Assembly (NCBI GenBank): GCA_963666565.1
Contig: OY762911.1
Coordinates: 1,152,001-1,216,000 of the forward strand
Direction: 5' to 3'
Length of the DNA stretch: 64,000 nt
Source: Thermoanaerobaculia bacterium
GTDB lineage: Bacteria > Acidobacteriota > Thermoanaerobaculia > Multivoradales > Multivoraceae
Shown here: one piece after another, positions 42,836 through 51,687 of the stretch
How positions within the stretch are numbered: the first letter of the stretch is position 1
Layout of the letters: the number at the start of each line of letters is the position of its first letter
Made by a program: the position numbers and the translations under genes
The notes under the pieces: generated by a model
What the model was told of the DNA's origin: nothing
The model's database searches: none
What the model saw: only the letters and a program-made list of their open reading frames with translations

Positions 42836-44086
42836 ATGAGACTCGCTCGAACGTTCGTGCTGGTAGCGGTTCTGGTGCTTCTACTGGTGTCCTGCGCCCC
42901 GCGGGAACTCGTCACCCTGCCGGAAATCGACACCTCCGGTTCGCCCGACGGCATCGTCGACCTCCCGGCCGACGTGCCGGAGGTGTTCCACAGGTACTTC
43001 AACAGGTACGCCTACCACCCGACGCCGGACGGCAGGCGGATCCACTTCCTGGTCTCGGAGGGCTGGACCCGCGACCAGATCAAGCACGGCCTGAACGTGA
43101 TGGAGCACCTGCTGGCGGATCACCCGGGCTCGGTCTACGGCGACGACAAGAGTGGCATCGCCGCCGCGATGGCGGACCGCAAGGCGACGATGGTCTTCTT
43201 CGACGACGCGCCCGACCTGCGCCAGGCGATGAGCGGGGGACTTCCCGACGCGACGGACCTCAGCATGCAGGACCTGCGGGCGAACGAGAGTCCGGCGCCC
43301 GGGGACGCGGACTACATGGCCCACGTCACCAGGGACGCGTCCTACGAGGAGATCTGGCACCTGATCCACGACTACGGCGTCGTCCCGACCCTGCCGGACA
43401 TGGTCGCCGAGATGAGAACGGCCAACGACGAGGCGGCGGAGAAGGGCTGGGTGGGCACGCCGGAAGACGAGCCGGAGAACCACCCGAACGAGTACGTGGG
43501 CGCCCTGATCGACAACTACTACGACCTCTGGACCGTGCCGCCGACCATGTACGAGGGCCGCGACATCGAGCCTGGCCAGAACCCCGAGGGTCACTCGCAC
43601 TTCGGGGAGTACTTCGCCGGCAGTCGCGCGGCCATGCCGGAGAAGGACCCGCTCGGCTACGCGCTGGTCACGAACTTCGTCGGGCCGTATCTGACCTACA
43701 CGCCGGAACTGCCGCTGGACTTCAGCGGCGCCTTCTCGATGACGTTCGACCCGGACGTGCGGTACACGATGAAGACGCAGCATCTGCGGAACGTCGCGCT
43801 GACGGGTGACGGCGACGCGGACCTGCGCGGCAACGCTCACGACAACGTGCTGACCGGCAACGCCGGCGCGAACGTGCTGGAGGGCGGCGGCGGCAACGAC
43901 ACGCTGGACGGCGGCGAAGGCAGCGACACGGCCGTCTTCAGCGGGCCAGCCGCCGACTACGAAGTGGCCACCGACGCGGACGGAACGACGGTGACCGACT
44001 CGCAGACGGACCGGGACGGCGTCGACACGCTACGGGGCGTGGAGTCCCTGCAGTTCAGCGACGGGACCGTCCAACTGGAACAGTAG
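42836..44086 (+). CDS. Lipoprotein with EEIWH motif and C-terminal RTX-type Ca-binding repeats
   Basis: Lipobox LVSC; RDASYEEIWHLIHD; GGGGNDTLDGGEGSD nonapeptides; DGVDTLRGVESLQFSD. Confidence 0.75.
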   Translation: MRLARTFVLVAVLVLLLVSCAPRELVTLPEIDTSGSPDGIVDLPADVPEVFHRYFNRYAYHPTPDGRRIHFLVSEGWTRDQIKHGLNVMEHLLADHPGSVYGDDKSGIAAAMADRKATMVFFDDAPDLRQAMSGGLPDATDLSMQDLRANESPAPGDADYMAHVTRDASYEEIWHLIHDYGVVPTLPDMVAEMRTANDEAAEKGWVGTPEDEPENHPNEYVGALIDNYYDLWTVPPTMYEGRDIEPGQNPEGHSHFGEYFAGSRAAMPEKDPLGYALVTNFVGPYLTYTPELPLDFSGAFSMTFDPDVRYTMKTQHLRNVALTGDGDADLRGNAHDNVLTGNAGANVLEGGGGNDTLDGGEGSDTAVFSGPAADYEVATDADGTTVTDSQTDRDGVDTLRGVESLQFSDGTVQLEQ

Positions 44087-44095
44087 GAGAAACAG

Positions 44096-45397
44096 ATGAA
44101 GTTGACTCGGACCTATATGAGGTCGACTCGGACCGATGTGAGATTGGTTCGCACATGCGTTCCGATTGCGGTTCTCGCGCTGCTGGCCGTCTCATGCGCC
44201 CCTCGGGAACTCGTCACGCTGCCGGACATCGACACGTCGGGTTCGCCCGACGGCATCGTCGACCTGCCGGCCGACGTGCCGGAGGTCTTCCACGAGCACT
44301 TCAACCGCTACGCCTACGTGCCGACGCCGGACGGGAGGCGGATCCACTTCCTGGTCTCGGACATCTGGACCCGCGACCAGATCAAGCACGGCCTGAACGT
44401 GATGGAGCACCTGCTGACCGACTTCCCGGGCTCGGAGTACGGCGACGACAAGAGCGGCATCGCCAGCGCGATGGCGGACCGCAAGGCGACGATGGTCTTC
44501 TTCAACACGGAAGAGGAGCTGAATGAAGCGATGCGATCCGGGCTGGGGCGGGCGACCGATCTCAGCATGCAGGACCTGCGCGCGAACGAGTGCCCGGCCC
44601 CGGGCGACGCGGACTACATGGCCCACGTCACCCGCGACGCTTCGTACGAGGAGATCTGGCACCTGATCCACGACTACGGGATCAAACCGACGCTGCCGGA
44701 GATGATCGCCGAGATGCGGGCCGCGAACGACGTCGCCGAGGCGAACGGCTGGCGCGGCTGGCCCGACGACGAGCCGCAGGAGCACCCGAACGAGTACGTT
44801 GGCGTGCTGATCGACAACTACTACGACCTGTGGACCGTGCCGCCGACCATGTACGAGGCAGTCGACATCGAACCCGGCGAGATCCCCGAGGGGCAGTCCC
44901 ATTTCGGGCGCTACTTCGCCGCCAGCCGATCCCGGATGGAGGAGAACGACCCGCAGGGCTTCGCCCTGATCCGGAAGTTCGTGCCGCCGTACCTGACCTA
45001 CACGCCGGAGCTGCCGCTCGACTTCAGCGGCACCTTCTCGATGACGTTCGACCCGGATGTGCGCTACACGATGAAGACGCAGCATCTGCGAAACGTTGCG
45101 CTGACCGGCAACGGCGACGCGGACCTGCGCGGCAACGCTCACGACAATGTGCTGACCGGCAACGGCGGCGCGAACCGGCTCGAGGGCGGCGGCGGCAACG
45201 ACACCCTGGACGGCGGCGACGGCGACGACACCGCGGTGTTCAGCGGCCCGGCGGCGGACTACGACGTGACCCAGGACGGCGACAGGGCGACGGTGAGCGA
45301 CTCCCAGCCCGACCGGGACGGCGTCGACACGCTCCGGGGCATCGAGTCCCTGCAGTTCAGCGACGGAACCGTGCCGTGTGACCCGTGCGCTCGATGA
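44096..45397 (+). CDS. Tandem paralog of the EEIWH/RTX lipoprotein
   Basis: Highly similar to 42836-44086; the real start may be any of three repeated start codons. Confidence 0.75.
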   Translation: MKLTRTYMRSTRTDVRLVRTCVPIAVLALLAVSCAPRELVTLPDIDTSGSPDGIVDLPADVPEVFHEHFNRYAYVPTPDGRRIHFLVSDIWTRDQIKHGLNVMEHLLTDFPGSEYGDDKSGIASAMADRKATMVFFNTEEELNEAMRSGLGRATDLSMQDLRANECPAPGDADYMAHVTRDASYEEIWHLIHDYGIKPTLPEMIAEMRAANDVAEANGWRGWPDDEPQEHPNEYVGVLIDNYYDLWTVPPTMYEAVDIEPGEIPEGQSHFGRYFAASRSRMEENDPQGFALIRKFVPPYLTYTPELPLDFSGTFSMTFDPDVRYTMKTQHLRNVALTGNGDADLRGNAHDNVLTGNGGANRLEGGGGNDTLDGGDGDDTAVFSGPAADYDVTQDGDRATVSDSQPDRDGVDTLRGIESLQFSDGTVPCDPCAR

Positions 45398-45484
45398 CTC
45401 GCCCACGGACCGGGTCGCGGCTCGCGCGTTCCGCGCGGCCCGGGCTGGAACAGTAGAGCGACCGGATGGGTTGGATACCGTTGC

Positions 45485-46156
45485 ATGATGCAGGAGCGAA
45501 ACCCGGATGGCGCGTCCGCGCGCCGGACGCCTACGGCTTCCGACGCCCGGCCGCGGGCGGCGGAACGGCACGGACGTCTCGCGCGGCAGATGCGCTTCCT
45601 GGTCGAAGTCGACCAGCTCAAGCAGGTGCTGCGGCGCACGTCGATCGTCGGCAACGAGCGGCTGGAGAACTCCGCGGAGCACTCGTGGCATGTGACCTTG
45701 ATGGCGCTGGTGTTGTCGGAGCACGCGGCCGCCTCTGGCCTCGATCAGCTCAGGGTGCTGAAGATGCTGATCGTGCACGATCTGGTCGAGATCGACGCCG
45801 GCGACACCTTCGTTTACGACCAGGCGGGCCTGGAGGACCAGGAGGAGCGCGAAGAGCGTGCCGCGGAGCGCATCTTCGGCCTGTTGCCGGCCGAGAGCGG
45901 CGCCGAGCTGCGCGCGATCTGGGACGAGTTCGAGGCGCGGCAGAGCCCCGAAGCGAAGTTCGCGAGGGCGCTCGACCGCCTGCAGCCGATGGTGCTCAAC
46001 TACACGAACGGCGGCGGCCCCTGGCAGGAGCACGGCATCCGGGCCGACCAGGTGCGCGACATCAACGGCTGCATCGAGGACGGCGCGCCCGAACTCTGGC
46101 GCTACGCCGAGGAACTGATCGAAGACGCCGTCCGGCGCGAACTCCTGGCTCCGTAG
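45485..46156 (+). CDS. HD-domain hydrolase (HDDC2/5'-deoxynucleotidase-like)
   Basis: ENSAEHSWH, VHDLVEIDAGD, ALDRLQP. Confidence 0.9.
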   Translation: MMQERNPDGASARRTPTASDARPRAAERHGRLARQMRFLVEVDQLKQVLRRTSIVGNERLENSAEHSWHVTLMALVLSEHAAASGLDQLRVLKMLIVHDLVEIDAGDTFVYDQAGLEDQEEREERAAERIFGLLPAESGAELRAIWDEFEARQSPEAKFARALDRLQPMVLNYTNGGGPWQEHGIRADQVRDINGCIEDGAPELWRYAEELIEDAVRRELLAP

Positions 46157-46199
46157 CTTCAGGGTCGTCGGTGCGGCAACGCTGCAAGGAGGACGAACC

Positions 46200-48479
46200 A
46201 TGAAGACCACTGGGTGCGCCGGCCTGACATCCGACCGCCCGAAGACGGGCGCTCGGACTGTGACGCGGCTGGCGCGGGTACGCGCCAGCCGGGTGCTGGC
46301 CGGCATCAGGCGCGCAGCGGCGAAGCGGCGCGCGCGAGTCGTTCTGCCAGCTCTCGTGTGCAGCGCGATCCTGGCTGCCTGCGCCGGCGCGCCCGACGCC
46401 GGCGAACCCGCGACCGAGATCGCCTGGGTGAAGAAAGTGATGGTCCACGGCGTGCCGATCTACGCCACGAACACCACCGGCGACGACAAGCTCCTCCACG
46501 CGGCGGGCGTCCTCGCCCAGTTCCTCGACAACGACGAGGACGGCGAGATCGACAACCCGAAGGTCCACCAGGCGATGCTGGACACCGGCGGCACGATCGT
46601 CATGACCGGCACCCAGCGGGAAGCCGAGTACATGGACTGGGCCAACGCGCCCCGGGGCCAGGGCCTCTACGACGAGGAGACCGAACTCGACGCCCGCGCC
46701 CGCGGCGTGTTCGACGCGGCGCTGGAAGAGATCTGGCACATGGTTACGGACAACGGCTACGGCGTGGCCTATCCGCACGTGTTCGGGACCGAACCCGGAA
46801 CGGCGCTCACCGACGCGATGGACATCGCCCGCGGCGGCGCCTTCGACGGACCGCCGGACGAGTACCCGGAGGGCGCCTGGTACACCTACGACGACGTCAC
46901 CTGCGACTACGGCTGCATGGCCTCCGAGTACATCTACTGGGTCTACACGTCGATGATCGGGGCGCAGGACCTGCCGGGCCGGCTCGACCGGATCGGTCAC
47001 GAGTGGCCGCTCAACACGCCGGAGAAGCTCCAGGAAGGAGAACCCGTTCTTTACGAGATCCTGAACGATCCCGAGTACAGGATCCCGATGGTCATCCCGG
47101 ACGGGAACTACGAGGGCGCGCCGCTCGTGATCGAGCCCTACGAATTCCGCTCTCCCTACGAAGCGGCAAACCGGCAGATCCGGCGCGACAAGTTCGATCT
47201 CGTTCTCCCGGAGATCATGAGGGAGCGCGGCGTCGACATGTGGATCCATGTGATGCGGGAGTCGATCGCCGACGACTTCGGTATCGACGAACTCGGCAGC
47301 GCCTCCGGCGTCTTCGTGTTCACGGACCGGGGCGGCGACCGGATCGAGCGGGCCATCCTCGGACGCCGCTGGGGCGCCACGCAACGTGGCTGGGGCGAGA
47401 CGGACTACCGGTACGTCGAAGAGAGCGGCGCCTACGACATCGTCGCGCCCGCGGTCCGGGTCCAGGAGCCGGTGGGCGGCCCGTTGACGGAGTACGACTA
47501 CCGCTTCGAGGGGCTCAGGGACTTCGTCGCCGAGCGCGACCCGGACGTCATCGCGGTCAACTTCAAGCACGAGCTGGGCCCGTGGCCGACCTACCGGGGC
47601 GAGATCGACGGCCTTTCGCACACCGATTATCTGTTGCTTTCCGAAGAACTCGGCGCGATGTACGCGGGCCGGCTGATCTCGTCCGAGTGGCTGATGATGG
47701 ACTACATCAACCACCAGGTGCCGAGCGAGGTCGAGCTGCTCAGGCGGCTGCGACGCGACGAGCTCTGGCTGTTCGAGGACGCGCTGGAAGCGATCAAGCC
47801 TGGCGTCACCAGGGTCGACGAGACCGGACTGACGATCATGCGCCGCATGCGGACCGGCCAGTCGCAGCGCGGTCGCAGCGAGGGTTGGGAGGATGCCGTC
47901 GTTCAGGGCGGCGACATCGTCACGAACCCGAGCATCGGCATGTACGCCTACGTGCTGCGCGACGGCGAGACGGAGCCGCCGCCGGAGATTCAGGATCTCT
48001 GGGCCGAGTACCTGCGCGTCGAGGCGATCCTCGCGGAGACGATCAAGGCAGGCCTGACGCCGCGCGAGATCATCCGCGACTACGAACGGATGTTCGAGGA
48101 AGCCGGCATCGTCGTGCGCGACAACCAGCTCCACATGGTGACGCCGAAGAACGACTTCCCGGCCTACGCCGCCGGCTTCGACACGACGAAGACCCACATT
48201 TCCATGGACTCCCATGGACAGACGAAGGGTGCCCGGCCCGCATCGGTCGAGACCTACTTCGGCCCCCGGATCGGCTCCCTGGGCCCGGACTGGTCGAAGG
48301 ACATCTCGCTCGCGCCGCACCACCACTTCGTCATCGAGTACTTCTTCTACATGCCCTCACCGGCCCCTGAGGGCGAGGACCAATACCTGTTCTGGTGGGC
48401 CCACGAGGAAGCGCTCGCCGGCGAGGACGGCATCGAGTACCTCTCGCCGCCGCAGACGGAGCTCATCCTGATCCGGTAG
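46200..48479 (+). CDS. Lipoprotein: EEIWH-motif domain fused to an M24/Xaa-Pro aminopeptidase-like domain
   Basis: AGGAGG RBS; lipobox LAAC; FDAALEEIWHMV; second half RRDKFDLVLPEIMRERGVDMWI...YLSPPQTELILIR. Confidence 0.65.
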   Translation: MKTTGCAGLTSDRPKTGARTVTRLARVRASRVLAGIRRAAAKRRARVVLPALVCSAILAACAGAPDAGEPATEIAWVKKVMVHGVPIYATNTTGDDKLLHAAGVLAQFLDNDEDGEIDNPKVHQAMLDTGGTIVMTGTQREAEYMDWANAPRGQGLYDEETELDARARGVFDAALEEIWHMVTDNGYGVAYPHVFGTEPGTALTDAMDIARGGAFDGPPDEYPEGAWYTYDDVTCDYGCMASEYIYWVYTSMIGAQDLPGRLDRIGHEWPLNTPEKLQEGEPVLYEILNDPEYRIPMVIPDGNYEGAPLVIEPYEFRSPYEAANRQIRRDKFDLVLPEIMRERGVDMWIHVMRESIADDFGIDELGSASGVFVFTDRGGDRIERAILGRRWGATQRGWGETDYRYVEESGAYDIVAPAVRVQEPVGGPLTEYDYRFEGLRDFVAERDPDVIAVNFKHELGPWPTYRGEIDGLSHTDYLLLSEELGAMYAGRLISSEWLMMDYINHQVPSEVELLRRLRRDELWLFEDALEAIKPGVTRVDETGLTIMRRMRTGQSQRGRSEGWEDAVVQGGDIVTNPSIGMYAYVLRDGETEPPPEIQDLWAEYLRVEAILAETIKAGLTPREIIRDYERMFEEAGIVVRDNQLHMVTPKNDFPAYAAGFDTTKTHISMDSHGQTKGARPASVETYFGPRIGSLGPDWSKDISLAPHHHFVIEYFFYMPSPAPEGEDQYLFWWAHEEALAGEDGIEYLSPPQTELILIR

Positions 48480-48531
48480 CCCCGTGGGTGCATCTCACAC
48501 TAGGTGCGCCACGCACTGAGTACGCCACACA

Positions 48532-48601
48532 CTGGGTGCGCCGGCGTCCCCGCCGGCTGCCGCCGGAGGCGGCCGGGAACACGCGCCGGCCGACGGCCGG
48601 C
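48532..48601 (+). repeat. Variant REP with hairpins
   Basis: ctgggtgcgccggcgtccccgccggc-gccgccggaggcggc. Confidence 0.75.
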
Positions 48602-48635
48602 TCCGTCACCTACCTCAGGAGCTGCGGTTTTGCAC

Positions 48636-49682
48636 TCACCAGGCGAGCAGCGTCTTCATCCAGCCCGACGTGTTGTGGAAGTCGGACACGGCGCTGCCGG
48701 GCGGCACCAGGGCGTCGCAAGCGGCGGCGACCTCCGGATCGAGCGTCATCTCCTGAACCGCGACGAGTTCGTCGACATGCTCGAACCGTCGCGGGCCGAT
48801 CAGCGGCGCGGTGATCCCCGGCTGGTCCTTGCACCAGAGGATCGCAAGCTGGGCCGGCGTGATGCCGGCCTCGGCCGCGAGCCTGGCGAACTCCACGCCG
48901 ACGCGGACGGCGCGTTCCGTCACCCGCCGGGCGTAGTACTTGCCGAGCAAGTCGGCGCGCGAGCCTTCCGGGTACTTCGCAGCATCCGAGTACCGGCCGG
49001 CGAGGACGCCCATCCCGAGCGGCGCCCAGGCGAGGATGCCGAGGCCGTGCCTGCTGCAAAGCGGGATCAACTCGTTCTCGATCCGGCGGTCGAGCAGGTT
49101 GTAGGGCGCCTGCTCGGACGAGAAACGGACATAGCCCTTCAGCTCGCTCGTCATGAGCGCTTCCATCACGCCCCAGGCGGGGTACGTCGAGCAGCCGATG
49201 TAGCGGACCTTGCCGGCCCGGACCAGGTCGTCGAAGGCGCGCAGCGTCTCGTCGATGGGGATGCCGAAGTCGGGCCGATGGGTCTGGTAGAGGTCGATGT
49301 GGTCCGTCCGCAGCCGGCGCAGCGCCGCGTCGCAGGCGTTCAGGATGCCGGCCCGCGACAGCCCCTGCTCGTTCGGATTGCGTCCGGGAACGTGCTCGAC
49401 GCGCGCCAGCCCCGTTTCGTCATTGAACTCGCCCGGGTAGACCTTGGTCGAGATCACGACCTCGTCGCGCCGGCCGGTCTCCTTGAGCACGCTGCCGACG
49501 ATCCGCTCGGCGAGGCCGTCGCCGTAGATGTGCCCGAGGTCGATCAGGTTCACGCCGGCGTCAAGCGTCCGCTCGATAATCCGCCGCGCCTCGTCCTCCG
49601 GCGTGACGTCGCCGAAGTTGCTCGTGCCGAGCCCGAGCGGCGAGACCTTGAGGCCGGTGCGGCCCAGGGTGCGGTACTTCAT
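48636..49682 (-). CDS. Aldo/keto reductase
   Basis: MKYRTLGRTGLKVSPLGLG, STK, LRTDHIDLYQTH, GKVRYIGCS, WAPLGMG. Confidence 0.93.
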   Translation of the reverse strand: MKYRTLGRTGLKVSPLGLGTSNFGDVTPEDEARRIIERTLDAGVNLIDLGHIYGDGLAERIVGSVLKETGRRDEVVISTKVYPGEFNDETGLARVEHVPGRNPNEQGLSRAGILNACDAALRRLRTDHIDLYQTHRPDFGIPIDETLRAFDDLVRAGKVRYIGCSTYPAWGVMEALMTSELKGYVRFSSEQAPYNLLDRRIENELIPLCSRHGLGILAWAPLGMGVLAGRYSDAAKYPEGSRADLLGKYYARRVTERAVRVGVEFARLAAEAGITPAQLAILWCKDQPGITAPLIGPRRFEHVDELVAVQEMTLDPEVAAACDALVPPGSAVSDFHNTSGWMKTLLAW

Positions 49683-49683
49683 G

Positions 49684-51687
49684 TCAGGGGGACTCCTCAC
49701 GTTCGGGTCTTGGGTTCTCGCCGTCGATGGCGTCGCGTTCCCGTCTCGTCTTCGCCAAGCTCAGTCGAATGTCCTTGGCTACTTCCTCCACCTCGCGCGC
49801 GACTCGTGGCGCACGTCCTAGTTCCAGTTCCAGCGCCGTCGTCAGCGGAAGAAGCAACTCGGCCGAAGCCGAACCATCGATCAGTTCGAGGATACGGGCC
49901 GCGCCGAGCTCCACCGTGGCCTCGGCGAGAGCGCCGAACGTCTCGCTTGGAAGAGAATCCAAGGCCGGCAGCATGTCGAGGGCAGCTGCGAGATCGCTCT
50001 CGGCTGACCGGGGAGCGTCCAACAGAGCGGATCGGGCGCGGAGCAGGAAGGCCAGGCAACGGTAGTCGGGGGCGCTTTCGCGGTCGTGAGCCAACAGCTC
50101 GCTGGCGATCTCCCGGGCGCTGCCGTACTCCTGGCAGTCCAACTCGAGATGGCCCCGCAGGAGCCGTAACCTGGCTCGCCAATCGGCGGTGCCATCGGCC
50201 TGCTCGCCCACCAAGCGCTTCAGGGCGTCGCTGAAGGCTGCTCGTGCAGCGTCTTCGTGACCGAGCTTCCAGAGCAGTAATCCCCTTTTCGTGAAGGTGG
50301 CGAGGACGAAGTCATCGGCTTCGGAGAGGTTGCTGTTCTCGAATCGCCGCATCGCTTCGTCAAGAGCGACTAGGGCTTCTCTTGGCCGATCCCAGCGGTA
50401 GCCGGTTCCCTCGACATCGGCGAGAGCCACGCCCGGTAGCTGTTCCATCGCCGCTGCGCGAAGGGGGTTCACTTCGCGTCGCGGCTTGGTGGTGGTCTTG
50501 ACGAACTCGAGCGTCGTCTCCGCCAACTCGAAGCCTGAGTAGTACGACGACATGAATCGGAGAAGGGCCCGAACCGGCCGGTCCGGGCCTCGACGTCGCC
50601 GAAGCAGGTAGTAGATGTTGAAGAGCCGTTCCGTCAGATAGAACTGCTTGCGGCGCGCCGAGCCGCCGACGACCCGCACTGCGCCGCGGTCGGACAGGCG
50701 CTTGAGTTGTGCGCTGCACTTGTTCGTGTCGAGGCGGGCTCGACCTGCGACCTCCTTCGTCGTCGCCGGTTCCCAGAGTTCGGCGAGGGCCAGGTAGACG
50801 CGGCGCTCCTGGGCCGGGAGCGCCTCGATGTGGCTCTTGAAGTACTCGGTGTGGTCATCGATCAGGTCGAGGAGGTGGTCCAGCAGATCCCCCAGGGATC
50901 TGCCTGCGCCCATGCGCGCGACGATCGTCAGCAGGCGCGGGCTGCCACCGGTCAGGATCTCCAAGGGCCGGACCTCGTCGCGCGATGGGGACTCGCCGGA
51001 CTCTGCTTCCCAGAGGACCACGCATTCGTCGGTGGCCAGAGGCGCCAGCGTGTGGACGCGGAGGAGTTCGTAGAGGGCGCTGTCCGGGCTGTCGATCTCC
51101 TCGAACCGGCTAGTCGCGCTGGCCAGCAACACGATCCGCGACTCGGTCTGGAGGGTGTGGCGGAGTCTCCAGCCCGCATCGGGATCCGCCATGTCCCGGA
51201 ACATCATGTTCAGGTTCTCGACGAGGAGGACCAGGCGTTTTCCTTGGTGGTCGGCGTAGTCAAGCAGGGCGCCGAGGCAGCGGTCCGCAAGCGTTCGATC
51301 GTCCTGGATCGTTCGGAACTCCGCAAGCGTTCGCGGCAGATCCGGGCTGTATTCCTCGGAAGGCGCCTGATTGGAGATTTGGGACAGGCACTCGAGCCAG
51401 AACTCGCCGGCTGTCGAGACTTCGTAGCATTCCTCCGCGAACCGAACGGGCAGGAGACGGCTGGAGAGGTCGGTGTCGCGGCCGATTTTGGCGGCGACAC
51501 GAAGCAGCAAGGTCGTCTTGCCGCTGCCGCGCGGTCCGATGACAATCTGGTGCTGGTTCGAGTTCCCGGTACATCCGCGGAGGGTTTCGACGATCGACTC
51601 GAACTCGTGAATCCGCACACAGAACGACGCCACGAGTTCATCCTCGGTCAGGAATCCCGGATTGAACTTCCGCGTCGCCACGGTCAT
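49684..51687 (-). CDS. STAND-like P-loop ATPase with winged HTH and short TPR-like C-terminus
   Basis: Walker A GPRGSGKT, Walker B-like LLVEN, GGSPR (GxP), wHTH-like ATTKEVAGRARLDTNKCSAQLKRL. Confidence 0.75.
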   Translation of the reverse strand: MTVATRKFNPGFLTEDELVASFCVRIHEFESIVETLRGCTGNSNQHQIVIGPRGSGKTTLLLRVAAKIGRDTDLSSRLLPVRFAEECYEVSTAGEFWLECLSQISNQAPSEEYSPDLPRTLAEFRTIQDDRTLADRCLGALLDYADHQGKRLVLLVENLNMMFRDMADPDAGWRLRHTLQTESRIVLLASATSRFEEIDSPDSALYELLRVHTLAPLATDECVVLWEAESGESPSRDEVRPLEILTGGSPRLLTIVARMGAGRSLGDLLDHLLDLIDDHTEYFKSHIEALPAQERRVYLALAELWEPATTKEVAGRARLDTNKCSAQLKRLSDRGAVRVVGGSARRKQFYLTERLFNIYYLLRRRRGPDRPVRALLRFMSSYYSGFELAETTLEFVKTTTKPRREVNPLRAAAMEQLPGVALADVEGTGYRWDRPREALVALDEAMRRFENSNLSEADDFVLATFTKRGLLLWKLGHEDAARAAFSDALKRLVGEQADGTADWRARLRLLRGHLELDCQEYGSAREIASELLAHDRESAPDYRCLAFLLRARSALLDAPRSAESDLAAALDMLPALDSLPSETFGALAEATVELGAARILELIDGSASAELLLPLTTALELELGRAPRVAREVEEVAKDIRLSLAKTRRERDAIDGENPRPEREESP

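Noticed and set aside
42836-45397. RTX toxin call
   Set aside because: Only a few nonapeptides, N-terminal lipobox present, no T1SS or acyltransferase genes nearby
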